From assembly GCA_001767955.1 (NCBI GenBank), contig MEMO01000021.1, positions 8,344-72,343 of the forward strand: a stretch of DNA of 64,000 nt, given 5' to 3'. The translations under genes and the position numbers were made by a program. This document shows positions 29,701 through 38,085 of the stretch, piece after piece. The DNA comes from Alphaproteobacteria bacterium RIFCSPLOWO2_01_FULL_40_26. GTDB lineage: Bacteria; Pseudomonadota; Alphaproteobacteria; Rickettsiales; UBA1997. Numbering within the stretch: position 1 is the first letter of the stretch; every line of letters starts with the position of its first letter. The notes beneath the pieces were generated by a model. The model was not told the origin of the DNA, did no database searches, and worked only from the letters and a program-made list of their open reading frames with translations.

Positions 29701-30169
29701 AACGGAGGCTGTCAGAGAAACTGGTAGTGACGGAGGAGATCAGGCAGTTGCAACCGGCGATTCGCAATCATCAACACCATCAACAGATGAAGGTAGAAAA
29801 GGAGCTGATGCGGCAGTGGCAGATAGAGGAGATGGCGCAGACAGAGCAACCGGTGATGGCGCAGCGAAATCGGAAGAACGCACTCCTGGCGGAAGTGGAG
29901 ATTCTCCGAGTAGCGATGGAGGATCTGCAGAGGAAGCTCGTGATAGTGCTTCATCATCAAATTCTGGCGGAGATGCGGGAAGTGGTGGTGGTAGTCCTAC
30001 AGACGGATCTTCCACTGCTTCTCCATCCGATTCTTCTGCACCAACATCTGCTGGCAGTGCAGGTGGCGATGGAGGTGGTTCTGAAATTCCTACTGCATCT
30101 CCTGATGCTGGTTCTGCTGCATCTGCCACAGATGGCGGCTCCGCCCCTGGTTCAGCCAGCAGCTCCTGA
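26693..30169 (+). CDS. Giant membrane protein. It has a signal peptide, a Cys-rich ~590-aa N-terminal domain, a VirB6/TrbL-like polytopic core and a disordered S/G/D/A-rich tail.
   Basis: About 27 Cys in the first ~590 aa by my count; about 7 TM segments between aa ~600 and 900 with a large loop after TM2; GVFDGWWKQMLGFTLQPMILFAYLGIM. The tail runs from aa ~960. Confidence 0.5.
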   Translation: MRRSSLFHKFLCLPLVYFVAVSSILTPSQAYAVYEGVRGIDDHPTSGTQPAITFDAEKNKCDTSSIAFLPTGVNDDFNIKLDNPTCIAFIAASGAVMLAADITARLLCKAAVTYPPNAAKSAEETVSETALGPPIPYPTPILPVRLAMKSGQCAFRAGSAITACAGPQAVVLCAPASADVAMCCGSVAAYLVAAGLMMAALAIIWNQSVIAYEDARICGHGWSRWARFSPEIGGTGSDGEVSTGGKWVKTRGPHLLRLQQLFAEKYPTSPEQDAIDSYKNDSPNLYCDDYSTTRNITNRCYREFIYGGVEFEDNGDNSCDNPSNWDTAKKNQILGYSSNKQRYYMTGPGNAPVYACHRFIATTKDESERSAIQAAYDCCKRRSQNAVCLQHRTGFGGIRGEYQHGFCEIGSRCSVANITFEAFASRSQPNYACIKSYSVCPYDHLLGGGTEQRKYNSSDPAIVDNFCQFMNHCSKLPVLPYIRTHNFEGEFISAACHDMKGDSQNVYGYTSELVPINTRGFSAPMIQCFKETMENVFLHKAGHTKCLNADETPNRDGICQSGYVYREGQTMSGKSFFVKIQDNLQEVIKIALTMSIVLFGMAILLAVPQAYVTKKVLLIYVLKIGLVMYFAVGDAWQNQFMTGVLNSSTFLADLTFKIDESAPPEKLDGCQFPRFNYADSSEATKYDIRQYPPDKDYLRVWDTLDCKIARALGFGPEVSVPNLVLMILGGFFTGGLGIVFFVGAFIFAFFLIALTVKALHIFLMSITSVIILIYVSPITITLAFFAKTKGVFDGWWKQMLGFTLQPMILFAYLGIMITIFDKMIIGADVTFSGTSDDPHGRRTPKSIVCNSAAQDSSIYCIFRIADIKTYTGLEVLGIGLPMLGSINGAKLENIIRAALVMFILTKFMDKITEFAAALVGGAELKSDWNISAAGMAAKSYAALRQIQTRAMHGLKKHGGKVARKGVEGMKGLAHAAGDKGKAIKAPSSPGGVTAAVGPEKSGVTEAVRETGSDGGDQAVATGDSQSSTPSTDEGRKGADAAVADRGDGADRATGDGAAKSEERTPGGSGDSPSSDGGSAEEARDSASSSNSGGDAGSGGGSPTDGSSTASPSDSSAPTSAGSAGGDGGGSEIPTASPDAGSAASATDGGSAPGSASSS

Positions 30170-30341
30170 TTCTGGTAGTATCGATAGTGGCAGAAACGCG
30201 CCATCAAGATACATGCACGGCACTAATGAAGCAGCGGAAAGAGGAAGAAAAACGGCAACGGAAAGAAGAAGCAGTGGATCTTCCGGCAGCAGAACTCCAA
30301 CTCCACCATCAACTCCAAAACCAACCAGACCACGCTCTAAC

Positions 30342-31016
30342 TCAAATTAGAACCTGCTCTCTAAAACTGAAATAACCCTCTTTCGCAATAATCAGATGAT
30401 CTAACACTTTGATTTCCAAATTCTTCAGCGCGGCGGAAATTTCATTGGTGGTTTTGATGTCATTTGCTGAAGCGCGTAAATCGCCGCCTGGATGATTATG
30501 CAACAAAATCACAAAAGAAGCATGAAGCATCAGAGCCTTTCTCGCCACTGTTTTGGCGCTTACAACAACATGATCATTTTCTCCGATGCCAAGCAATTCG
30601 TCCTCAATGAGACGGTATTTTTTATCGAGAAAAAGCACGCGAAAAACTTCGTAATCCAAATCTTTCAGAGCGACGCTGGCGTAGTCCAAAACTGCTTGCC
30701 AATCATTTAAAACCGGTTTTTTGCGCGCGGAATTTTTTAAAACACGATGCAGAATTTCGCTGATGATTTTGATTTGAGTAATTGCCGCCTCTCCTACCCC
30801 CTCAACACTTCTCAACATTTCAACATCGGCGCTAATCACTGCGGAAATATCGCCAAATTTTGTTATTAATTTTTTGGCGATCGCTTTGGTATCCTGCCTT
30901 GGATGCGCGGCAAAAAGCAGGATTTCCAACAATTCATAATCGTGGAGTTCCTTTCCAAGCGAGGCGAGAAATTTTTTTCTAACGCGTGATCTATGTCCGA
31001 GATAATCGTCTATCAT
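30342..31016 (-). CDS. radC: RadC-family JAB-domain protein
   Basis: ILLHNHPGGD JAMM motif; HhH-like N-terminal half. Confidence 0.85.
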   Translation of the reverse strand: MIDDYLGHRSRVRKKFLASLGKELHDYELLEILLFAAHPRQDTKAIAKKLITKFGDISAVISADVEMLRSVEGVGEAAITQIKIISEILHRVLKNSARKKPVLNDWQAVLDYASVALKDLDYEVFRVLFLDKKYRLIEDELLGIGENDHVVVSAKTVARKALMLHASFVILLHNHPGGDLRASANDIKTTNEISAALKNLEIKVLDHLIIAKEGYFSFREQVLI

Positions 31017-31183
31017 AACCCCAATAACGCTTAAGGAATTATGGCTTAAGTCTACAAACTCTGAGTAAAACCAATAAACTCCACCACACTGTCACCCCGC
31101 GGGGTGACAGTGTGGTGAGATTTGTGATTTAGCTTAGAGTCTGTAAATTTGAATCTGGGTTTCTTAAACGTTATTGGGGTTAT
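31015..31183. mobile_element. Palindromic MITE-like element, family F copy F1
   Basis: IRs ATAACCCCAATAACGCTTAAG / CTTAAACGTTATTGGGGTTAT; centre CCACCACACTGTCACCCCGC|GGGGTGACAGTGTGGTGAG. Confidence 0.85.
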
Positions 31184-31802
31184 CATAAATTCGTGGTGTA
31201 ATTTTATCGGTTGTAAAATTTTTTACTCCCAAAATTTCAAGCTCGCGCATTCTGTTTAAATCATTCACCGTCCAGGCAAAAATTTCAGTATCAGGAAATT
31301 TTTTCATAAAATTTTCATCTATCAGATCATGAAAAATTGACAGGAATTTTATGTTTTTTGGCAATGCATTGATATCTTTATCGCAAACCACGACCAGCTG
31401 CGCATCATCACCAAAAACCTCAATAATTATGGCAAAAAATTTTTCTGCGATTTTGTAGTCGGTGATAAAAGGGGCAAAATAAATTTTTTTTAAATCTATA
31501 AATGCTTTATCAAAATCTTTCTTGACCATAATCATAACTTCCTTCGCATTTTCTTCGGTTAGATTTTTAAAATCTAACCAGTAATCCATTTCATTACCGA
31601 AAAGCAGAAAATCACTAAGACTTGTCAAACTTTCTCCGGCTCTTGGTTGATCATGCGCTAAAACCAGGTTTCTTTTCAGAACCCAAATATCAAACTCAAC
31701 AGCGCGAAAGCCGTGTTTGTAAGCTTTCTTTAAACTTGCAACTGAATGTTCGGCGATATTTTTATGCGGACAAAAACCGCGATGGGCAAATAACCGTATC
31801 AT
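31164..31802 (-). CDS. Glycerophosphodiester phosphodiesterase-family protein
   Basis: FAHRGF..H..ASL..A...GF.AVEFDIW..LVLAHD pattern. The last 6 codons (DNPNNV) lie in element F1. Confidence 0.6.
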   Translation of the reverse strand: MIRLFAHRGFCPHKNIAEHSVASLKKAYKHGFRAVEFDIWVLKRNLVLAHDQPRAGESLTSLSDFLLFGNEMDYWLDFKNLTEENAKEVMIMVKKDFDKAFIDLKKIYFAPFITDYKIAEKFFAIIIEVFGDDAQLVVVCDKDINALPKNIKFLSIFHDLIDENFMKKFPDTEIFAWTVNDLNRMRELEILGVKNFTTDKITPRIYDNPNNV

Positions 31803-31804
31803 TT

Positions 31805-32116
31805 ATGAAATTCATTGTGATTGAAACAACATATCCAAATTTGCAGCAGGCAAAAAATCTAGCGGAAATTCTACTGAAGAATAAATTTGCCGCTTGTGTG
31901 CAGTTTCAAAAAATTGAAAGCACATATGTTTGGGAGGGAAAAATTGAAAATTCCCACGAAATTCTGGTGAGTATAAAAACCATTTCTTCATTTTTTGACG
32001 AGATTGAAAAAATCATCAAAAAACATCACTCATACGAAACACCACAAATCATCGCAACCGTGATAAATCAAGGCTCGAAAGACTATCTGGAATGGGTAGA
32101 GAAATCGCTGGCATAA
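31805..32116 (+). CDS. cutA: Divalent-cation tolerance protein CutA
   Basis: 104 aa; AACVQFQKIESTYVWEGKIENSHEILVSIKT..HSYETPQII. The start is 2 nt from the divergent GDPD start. Confidence 0.8.
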   Translation: MKFIVIETTYPNLQQAKNLAEILLKNKFAACVQFQKIESTYVWEGKIENSHEILVSIKTISSFFDEIEKIIKKHHSYETPQIIATVINQGSKDYLEWVEKSLA

Positions 32117-32315
32117 TTAACTTTCGTTTATATTTTCGCGCGCCACCACAGACAAACTTCAAAAAAATTCCACTTCAAAAAAATCTTTTAAAATTTTAGC
32201 TGCGACACGGTTATTTAAAAATTCACAGGTTTTGATTCTCATGAGAAATTCACTGATAAATCTACTTCTACTTTAAGCGATAACCGTTCCTCACAGCTGC
32301 ATTATTTCGAGGAAC

Positions 32316-34268
32316 ATGACAAACAAAACAATTATCATTGATGCTGCGCATCGCGAAGAAACGCGCGTCGCAGTTTTAGAAAACGGCATTCTACAGGATT
32401 TCGACCGCGAAGCCGTCGCCATCAAGCAAATCAAAGGCAATATCTATCTTGCAAAAGTAATCAGGGTTGAGCCGTCATTGCAGGCATGCTTTGTTGATTA
32501 TGGATCAGATCGTCATGGATTTTTACCCTTTGCCGATATTCACCCCGATTATTTCCAGATTTCCGAAAGCGAAAAACAACGTCTGCGCGAAATAACTCAA
32601 CCTACAAAACAGCAGGAAGAAGAGGAAAATCAGCCTCAAAATAGCAACGAAAATAGAAATAACGATAAGGGTGAAAATGAGGAATCAATCACTACCGGCT
32701 CTTATTCGGTTGAAGATGAAGCCGATCTTTATCGCGGCAATATTCACAGCATCTACAAACGCTACAACATGCAGGATGTCATCAAAGCCGGCCAGATGAT
32801 TTTAGTGCAAGTTGCTAAAGAAGAACGCGGCAACAAAGGTGCTTCGATGACTTCTTACATCTCAATCGCCGGCAAATATTGCGTTTTGATGGCCAACACC
32901 CCAAACAAAGGTGGTGTCTCAAAAAAGGTGGATAATTTCCGCGACCGCAAACTTTTGCGTTCGCTTTTGAATGAAATATCGGTGCCATTAGATCGCTCGA
33001 TAATCATTCGAACCGCAGGCGTCGGCAAAAAGCCGGAAGAAATCAGGCGCGATTATGATTACCTGAGCAGATTATGGGATAACATTCGGCAAATTGCCAA
33101 TTCCTCCACTGCGCCAAATTTTATCCACGCTGAAGATGACGTAATCCGCAGATGCATTCGCGATATCTATAACGAACAGGTCAATGAAGTTGTGGTTGAA
33201 GGCGCAACGGCTTATGAAACCGTGGTAAATTTTGTCAAATTGACAATGCCAAATGCGCCGCAAAACATCAAACTTCATGATGAACGTATTCCGGTTTTCA
33301 ACAAACATCGTGTCGAACAGCAAATCGACGCTCTTTACGAAAAGCAGATTTATCTGCCATCCGGCGGTTCAATTGTGATTGATCATGCTGAAGCTTTGGT
33401 TGCAATTGATGTCAACTCCGGACGCGCCACCAAAGAAAGCGGCGTTGAAGAAACTGCCTTCAGCACCAATCTCGAAGCAGTCAGAGAAATAGCCAGACAA
33501 CTACGCTTACGCGACTTGGCCGGATTGATCGTCATAGATTTCATCGACATGTATGAACACAGACATCGCCGCAACATTGAAAGAGCGTTGCGTGATGAGT
33601 TGCATGATGACCGCGCCCGTATTCAACTTGGCAGAATCAGCGTGTTCGGCTTGCTGGAAATGTCGCGTCAACGTCTTGGAGCAAGCTTTTTTGAAATCAT
33701 CACCGAACCTTGTAAACATTGCGGTGGCACTGGATATGTGCCTTCGGTTGAAATTCTGGCGGTAAGCATTTTGCGCGCTATCAGACATGCCTGCATTGAT
33801 AAGCAGGCCGGTGTTATTTACGTCTACGCCAATGCTGAAACCATCGCCTATATGCTCAACTACAAAAAGAACGACATCGCCACAACCGAAAACAGCTATG
33901 GCATTCATATCTTTATGCATGTCAGCGACGAAGTCGGCGCCCAGGGATTCAACATCAAAAGGCGCAAAAGCCTTTCTGACGACGAAAAACGCGAGATTGA
34001 AATGCAGGTCACAACCGGCAAAGTCAATCAACTTGGATTGGAAAAAAGCTATTTTGAAAGCTACGAAAACCGGACAAGCGAAGAACCGGAAAACTTCAAT
34101 CGTCGTGACCGCAACAAAAAATTCCGCGACAAAAGCCGAAAAAACCGCCGCACTGATAATCGCGATAGAAGAAAATTTACAGAAAGAAGAGATGGGAATA
34201 GAGCGACAAATGAAGGAGTAAAAAAATCTTTCCTCGGCTCTTTATTTTCATTTGGAAAACGGAATTAG
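32316..34268 (+). CDS. rne: Ribonuclease E (E/G family) with acidic S1-domain insert and Arg-rich tail
   Basis: GNIYLAKVIRVEPSLQACFVDYG; DSGGSIVIDHAEALVAIDVNSG-type block (LPSGGSIVIDHAEALVAIDVNSGRA); CxxC CKHCGGTG; tail RRDRNKKFRDKSRKNRR. Confidence 0.9.
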   Translation: MTNKTIIIDAAHREETRVAVLENGILQDFDREAVAIKQIKGNIYLAKVIRVEPSLQACFVDYGSDRHGFLPFADIHPDYFQISESEKQRLREITQPTKQQEEEENQPQNSNENRNNDKGENEESITTGSYSVEDEADLYRGNIHSIYKRYNMQDVIKAGQMILVQVAKEERGNKGASMTSYISIAGKYCVLMANTPNKGGVSKKVDNFRDRKLLRSLLNEISVPLDRSIIIRTAGVGKKPEEIRRDYDYLSRLWDNIRQIANSSTAPNFIHAEDDVIRRCIRDIYNEQVNEVVVEGATAYETVVNFVKLTMPNAPQNIKLHDERIPVFNKHRVEQQIDALYEKQIYLPSGGSIVIDHAEALVAIDVNSGRATKESGVEETAFSTNLEAVREIARQLRLRDLAGLIVIDFIDMYEHRHRRNIERALRDELHDDRARIQLGRISVFGLLEMSRQRLGASFFEIITEPCKHCGGTGYVPSVEILAVSILRAIRHACIDKQAGVIYVYANAETIAYMLNYKKNDIATTENSYGIHIFMHVSDEVGAQGFNIKRRKSLSDDEKREIEMQVTTGKVNQLGLEKSYFESYENRTSEEPENFNRRDRNKKFRDKSRKNRRTDNRDRRKFTERRDGNRATNEGVKKSFLGSLFSFGKRN

Positions 34269-34286
34269 CCCTGATCTGGGATTAGT

Positions 34287-34523
34287 ATAACCCCAATAAC
34301 GCTTAAGGAATTATGGCTTAAGTCTACAAACTCTAAGTAAAACCAATAAACTCCACCACACTGTCACCCCGCACTTGTTGCGGGGTCCATTTGGTCGCAA
34401 CCAATAAAATCAAGTCTTTGACGAGATGGACCCCGCAACAAGTGCGGGGTGACAGTGTGGTGAGATTTGTGATTTAGCTTAGAGTCTGTAAATTTGAATC
34501 TGGGTTTCTTAAACGTTATTGGG
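34287..34523. mobile_element. Family F copy F2 with a nested family E double hairpin (34373-34443)
   Basis: Same arms as F1, but the centre carries ACTTGTTGCGGGGTCC..GGACCCCGCAACAAGT. A 12-bp direct repeat GGGATTAGTATA occurs at 34278-34289 and 34521-34532. Confidence 0.85.
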
Positions 34524-36289
34524 ATTAGTATATCTTCTATCACCATCTGCACTCTCTCAACACCCATCCAACTGTTGACATTCAAGCTTCCGATCAGATT
34601 AAGCGGTTTGGTAAATTTGGGGTCGAGAAGAATTTGCGCAAGCGGTGTATTGGCGCTTCTAAAAGCAATTGCCTGAATTTGTCCGTTAAATCCAAGCGCA
34701 GTTCTGGCAGAAAAAACACAGCTGATATGATCCTGACTTTGTCCAACCAATCTCGCATTCACCTTAACAACATCGCGCAGAAGAAACTTTGGACGCACAT
34801 TGCCAACACCAAATGGCTCTAGCTTCGACAGCTCTTTCAGTAAATCAATATTTACCTGCACCAAATCAAGTGCGATATCAAATTCAGAATTTTTTTTGGC
34901 AGTAATTTCAATAATTTTCTTTCCCAAATTTTCACAAAAAAACTGATGCAACGCCGGAATTTTTTCTGTTAAAATTGAAAATCCTCCAGCCATGGCATGC
35001 CCTCCTCCATCAAGCAATAAGCCGCTTAAACGCGCATTCAGAATTTCCGCGCCAAAATCAATTCCGGCAATTGAGCGACACGAGGCCTTACCTTTTTCTT
35101 CATCAAGAGCAATTACTGCGACAGGCCTATTGTACAAATCCTTGAGCCGTGAAGCAACAATGCCAATCACGCCTTGATGCCAGTTTTTTGATGTAGCAAA
35201 AATCACCGGATCGGAAATTGCAAAACCATTAATACCGGCTTCCAATGACTTTACCGCCTCTTCCAAAACCTGCGCTTCAATGTCTTTGCGCTGACGGTTT
35301 AAAATTTCGAGCTGCGCTCCGATTTCATCAATTTCACTTTCATCTTCGCTTGAAAGAATTTTTGCCCCAAAATCAGACTTGCCAATACGACCGCCAGCGT
35401 TGATGCGCGGACCAATAATAAAACCAAGATGATAGGAATTTGGTTCTTCATCCAAAGAGGCAAGATCACAAATTTTGCGCAATCCGAGATTTTTTCGCTG
35501 CTTCAAAACCTTTAACCCCTGTGCTACGAAAGCACGGTTTAAGCCGGTTAATGACATAACATCGCAAACCGTTCCAAGCGCAACTAAATCAAGTAAATCC
35601 AAAAGATTTGGTTCTTTTTTTTGTGAATAAAAACCGCTTTCACGTAATTTTTTGTTAATCGCCACCGCAAACAAAAACGATACTCCGGCAGCGCAGAGAT
35701 TTTTATGCGGAAAAGTTTCATTAAGAAGATTGGGATTGATAACCGCGATGGCTTCAGGTTTTTCAAGCACTCCGAGATGGTGATCAATGACGATAATTTC
35801 CAAACCGGCGAGCTTTGCATCTTCAAGTGGCTTAAAAGCTACAGTGCCACAATCAACGGTGATCACCAAATCAGTGCCATTTTTTTTAAGATTTAAAAGC
35901 GCCTGCGAATTTGGACCATAACCTTCGAGGATGCGATCTGGAATGTAGATATTAACTTCAATTCCAATCTCACGAAAGAAGCGTTTAAGCAAAGCTGCGC
36001 TTGTTGCGCCATCAACATCATAATCAGCAAAAATTGTGATTTTTTTTCGCGCCTGAATCGCTGCAATTACATGTGAAACTGCCTTGCCCATATCGCTCAA
36101 CTCAAATGGATCTGGTAGAGAAATTTTGATTTTTGGCTGCAAAAAATTCTCAACTTCATCAAGAGAAATTTCACGCGAAGCAAGAAGATTACTTAAAATT
36201 TCTGAAAGCTGAAAACGCTGGCAAATCGTTGTCGCATGGCGTTCATCAAAATTTTTTTGTTGCCAATTAAAACCGAGAACTGAATGCAT
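34364..36289 (-). CDS. recJ: Single-stranded-DNA exonuclease RecJ with ~50-aa element-encoded C-terminal extension
   Basis: DHH motifs (FADYDVDGATS, VIDHH) and DHHA1 GGGHAMAGG. Start at [11 protein letters not shown] (36289), overlapping the ilvD stop by 1 nt. Confidence 0.9.
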   Translation of the reverse strand: MHSVLGFNWQQKNFDERHATTICQRFQLSEILSNLLASREISLDEVENFLQPKIKISLPDPFELSDMGKAVSHVIAAIQARKKITIFADYDVDGATSAALLKRFFREIGIEVNIYIPDRILEGYGPNSQALLNLKKNGTDLVITVDCGTVAFKPLEDAKLAGLEIIVIDHHLGVLEKPEAIAVINPNLLNETFPHKNLCAAGVSFLFAVAINKKLRESGFYSQKKEPNLLDLLDLVALGTVCDVMSLTGLNRAFVAQGLKVLKQRKNLGLRKICDLASLDEEPNSYHLGFIIGPRINAGGRIGKSDFGAKILSSEDESEIDEIGAQLEILNRQRKDIEAQVLEEAVKSLEAGINGFAISDPVIFATSKNWHQGVIGIVASRLKDLYNRPVAVIALDEEKGKASCRSIAGIDFGAEILNARLSGLLLDGGGHAMAGGFSILTEKIPALHQFFCENLGKKIIEITAKKNSEFDIALDLVQVNIDLLKELSKLEPFGVGNVRPKFLLRDVVKVNARLVGQSQDHISCVFSARTALGFNGQIQAIAFRSANTPLAQILLDPKFTKPLNLIGSLNVNSWMGVERVQMVIEDILIPITFKKPRFKFTDSKLNHKSHHTVTPHLLRGPSRQRLDFIGCDQMDPATSAG

Positions 36290-38040
36290 TAAATTTTGTC
36301 GTAAGAAGTTTTTTCCTTCTTGGCTCCAGGATGAGTAATGGCGCCGAAACGCGCCGAGCCAACGGTTTGAGCATATTTCCACAATGTGCCGCTTTGATAG
36401 TCATTTTGGCACTCCTTCCACTTTGCTTTACGCCTGGCAATTTCTTCAGCAGATAAATCAACATCAATTGTGCCTTTAATGGCATCGATGATGATTTTAT
36501 CGCCATCGCAAAGAAGTGCGATCATGCCACCAATTGCAGCTTCGGGAGCAACATGTCCGATGCAAAATCCGCGCGTACCGCCGGAAAATCTGCCATCAGT
36601 GATCAGTGCAACTTTATTGCCCATGCCCTGCCCATAAATTGCCGCGGTTGTCGCCAGCATTTCGCGCATGCCGGGCCCGCCTTTTGGACCTTCATAGCGG
36701 ATCACCAAAATATCGCCTTCGTGATATTTTTTTTGTTCAACAGCTTTGAAACATTCTTCCTCGGAATCGAAACAGCGCGCGGTCCCGACAAATTTTAACG
36801 CATCATTTTGCATACCGGCAATTTTCACAACCGCTCCGTCTTCAGCCAAATTTCCTTTCAAAACCACAACGCCACCATTTTTGGAAAGTGGCTTTTCGGG
36901 ACGATAAACTACATCCTGCTTTTCGTTAAATTTTACATTCGCCAGATTTTCGGCCATGGTTTTTCCAGTGACAGTCAAGCAATCGCCATGAATAAATCCG
37001 GCATCAAGCAAAAGTTTTAAAATCATTTGCACGCCGCCGGCTTCGTATAAATCCTTGGCGACGTATTTTCCGCCTGGTTTCATATCGGCGATGTAGGGCG
37101 TGCGCGCAAAAATTTTGCCGATTTCAAAAGCATCAAAATCAATTCCACATTCGGAAGCTATCGCTGGCAAATGAAGAACAGCATTGGTTGAGCCGCCAGT
37201 TGCAGCAACGATTGCCGCGGCATTTTCCAAAGCTTTTCTGGTTACGATATCGCGCGCTTTGATGTTTTTTTCGATCAAATTCATCACTGCTTTTCCAGAT
37301 TCAAAGGCATATCCGTCTCGCGATTCGTAAGGCGCCGGAGTGCCAGATGATCCGGGCAAGGCAAGACCGATTGATTCAGAAACGCAAGCCATAGTATTGG
37401 CGGTAAACTGCCCTCCACATGCGCCAGCACCAGGACAAGCGGCTTTCGCCAAAATATTCAAATCGGCATCTGACATTTTTCCGGCGTCTCTTTGCCCCAC
37501 TCCCTCAAAGACATCGACGATGGTCACATCTTTTCCATGAAATTTCCCCGGCAAGATCGAACCGCCATACATAAAGACGGAAGCTATATTCAAGCGACAC
37601 ATTGCCATCATCATTCCTGGCAAAGATTTATCGCAACCGGCAATTCCAACAAGAGCATCATAGCAATGCCCGCGCACCGTGAGCTCAATTGAATCGGCGA
37701 TAATTTCGCGCGAAACCAGCGAAGATTTCATGCCTTGATGTCCGTTGGCAATGCCGTCTGTCACCGTGATTGTCGTGAATTCGCGCGGCGTGCCTCCATT
37801 TTCTTTCACGCCCTTTTTTGCCGGCTGCGCCTGACGTTGCAATGCGATATTGCATGGCGCCGCCTCATTCCACGCGGTTACAACTCCGACAAAAGGTTTT
37901 TGTAAATCATCTTCTGCCAAACCTTGTGGATAGAGATCGGTTTGAATGTTGTAGAGCATTGTTTTTCGCGCTTCGCAACCATGCGAATTTGTGACATAGC
38001 GTGAGGGGAGATTTGATTTGTTAAACTTTTTCATGAACAA
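36289..38040 (-). CDS. ilvD: Dihydroxy-acid dehydratase
   Basis: [42 protein letters not shown]. Confidence 0.95.
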   Translation of the reverse strand: MFMKKFNKSNLPSRYVTNSHGCEARKTMLYNIQTDLYPQGLAEDDLQKPFVGVVTAWNEAAPCNIALQRQAQPAKKGVKENGGTPREFTTITVTDGIANGHQGMKSSLVSREIIADSIELTVRGHCYDALVGIAGCDKSLPGMMMAMCRLNIASVFMYGGSILPGKFHGKDVTIVDVFEGVGQRDAGKMSDADLNILAKAACPGAGACGGQFTANTMACVSESIGLALPGSSGTPAPYESRDGYAFESGKAVMNLIEKNIKARDIVTRKALENAAAIVAATGGSTNAVLHLPAIASECGIDFDAFEIGKIFARTPYIADMKPGGKYVAKDLYEAGGVQMILKLLLDAGFIHGDCLTVTGKTMAENLANVKFNEKQDVVYRPEKPLSKNGGVVVLKGNLAEDGAVVKIAGMQNDALKFVGTARCFDSEEECFKAVEQKKYHEGDILVIRYEGPKGGPGMREMLATTAAIYGQGMGNKVALITDGRFSGGTRGFCIGHVAPEAAIGGMIALLCDGDKIIIDAIKGTIDVDLSAEEIARRKAKWKECQNDYQSGTLWKYAQTVGSARFGAITHPGAKKEKTSYDKI

Positions 38041-38085
38041 AATTTATTTTGGACGGGACACAACAAATCATAAATTTTTTTAAGA

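Noticed and set aside
33507-34031. Long antisense or overlapping ORFs inside rne (33507-34031), the giant protein tail (29727-30350 in part, 29740-30207), hisG (26061-26453), gltX (45774-46157), metK and others
   Set aside because: They lie entirely within well-supported genes, have no recognisable motifs, and arise where local GC content or codon bias removes stops.
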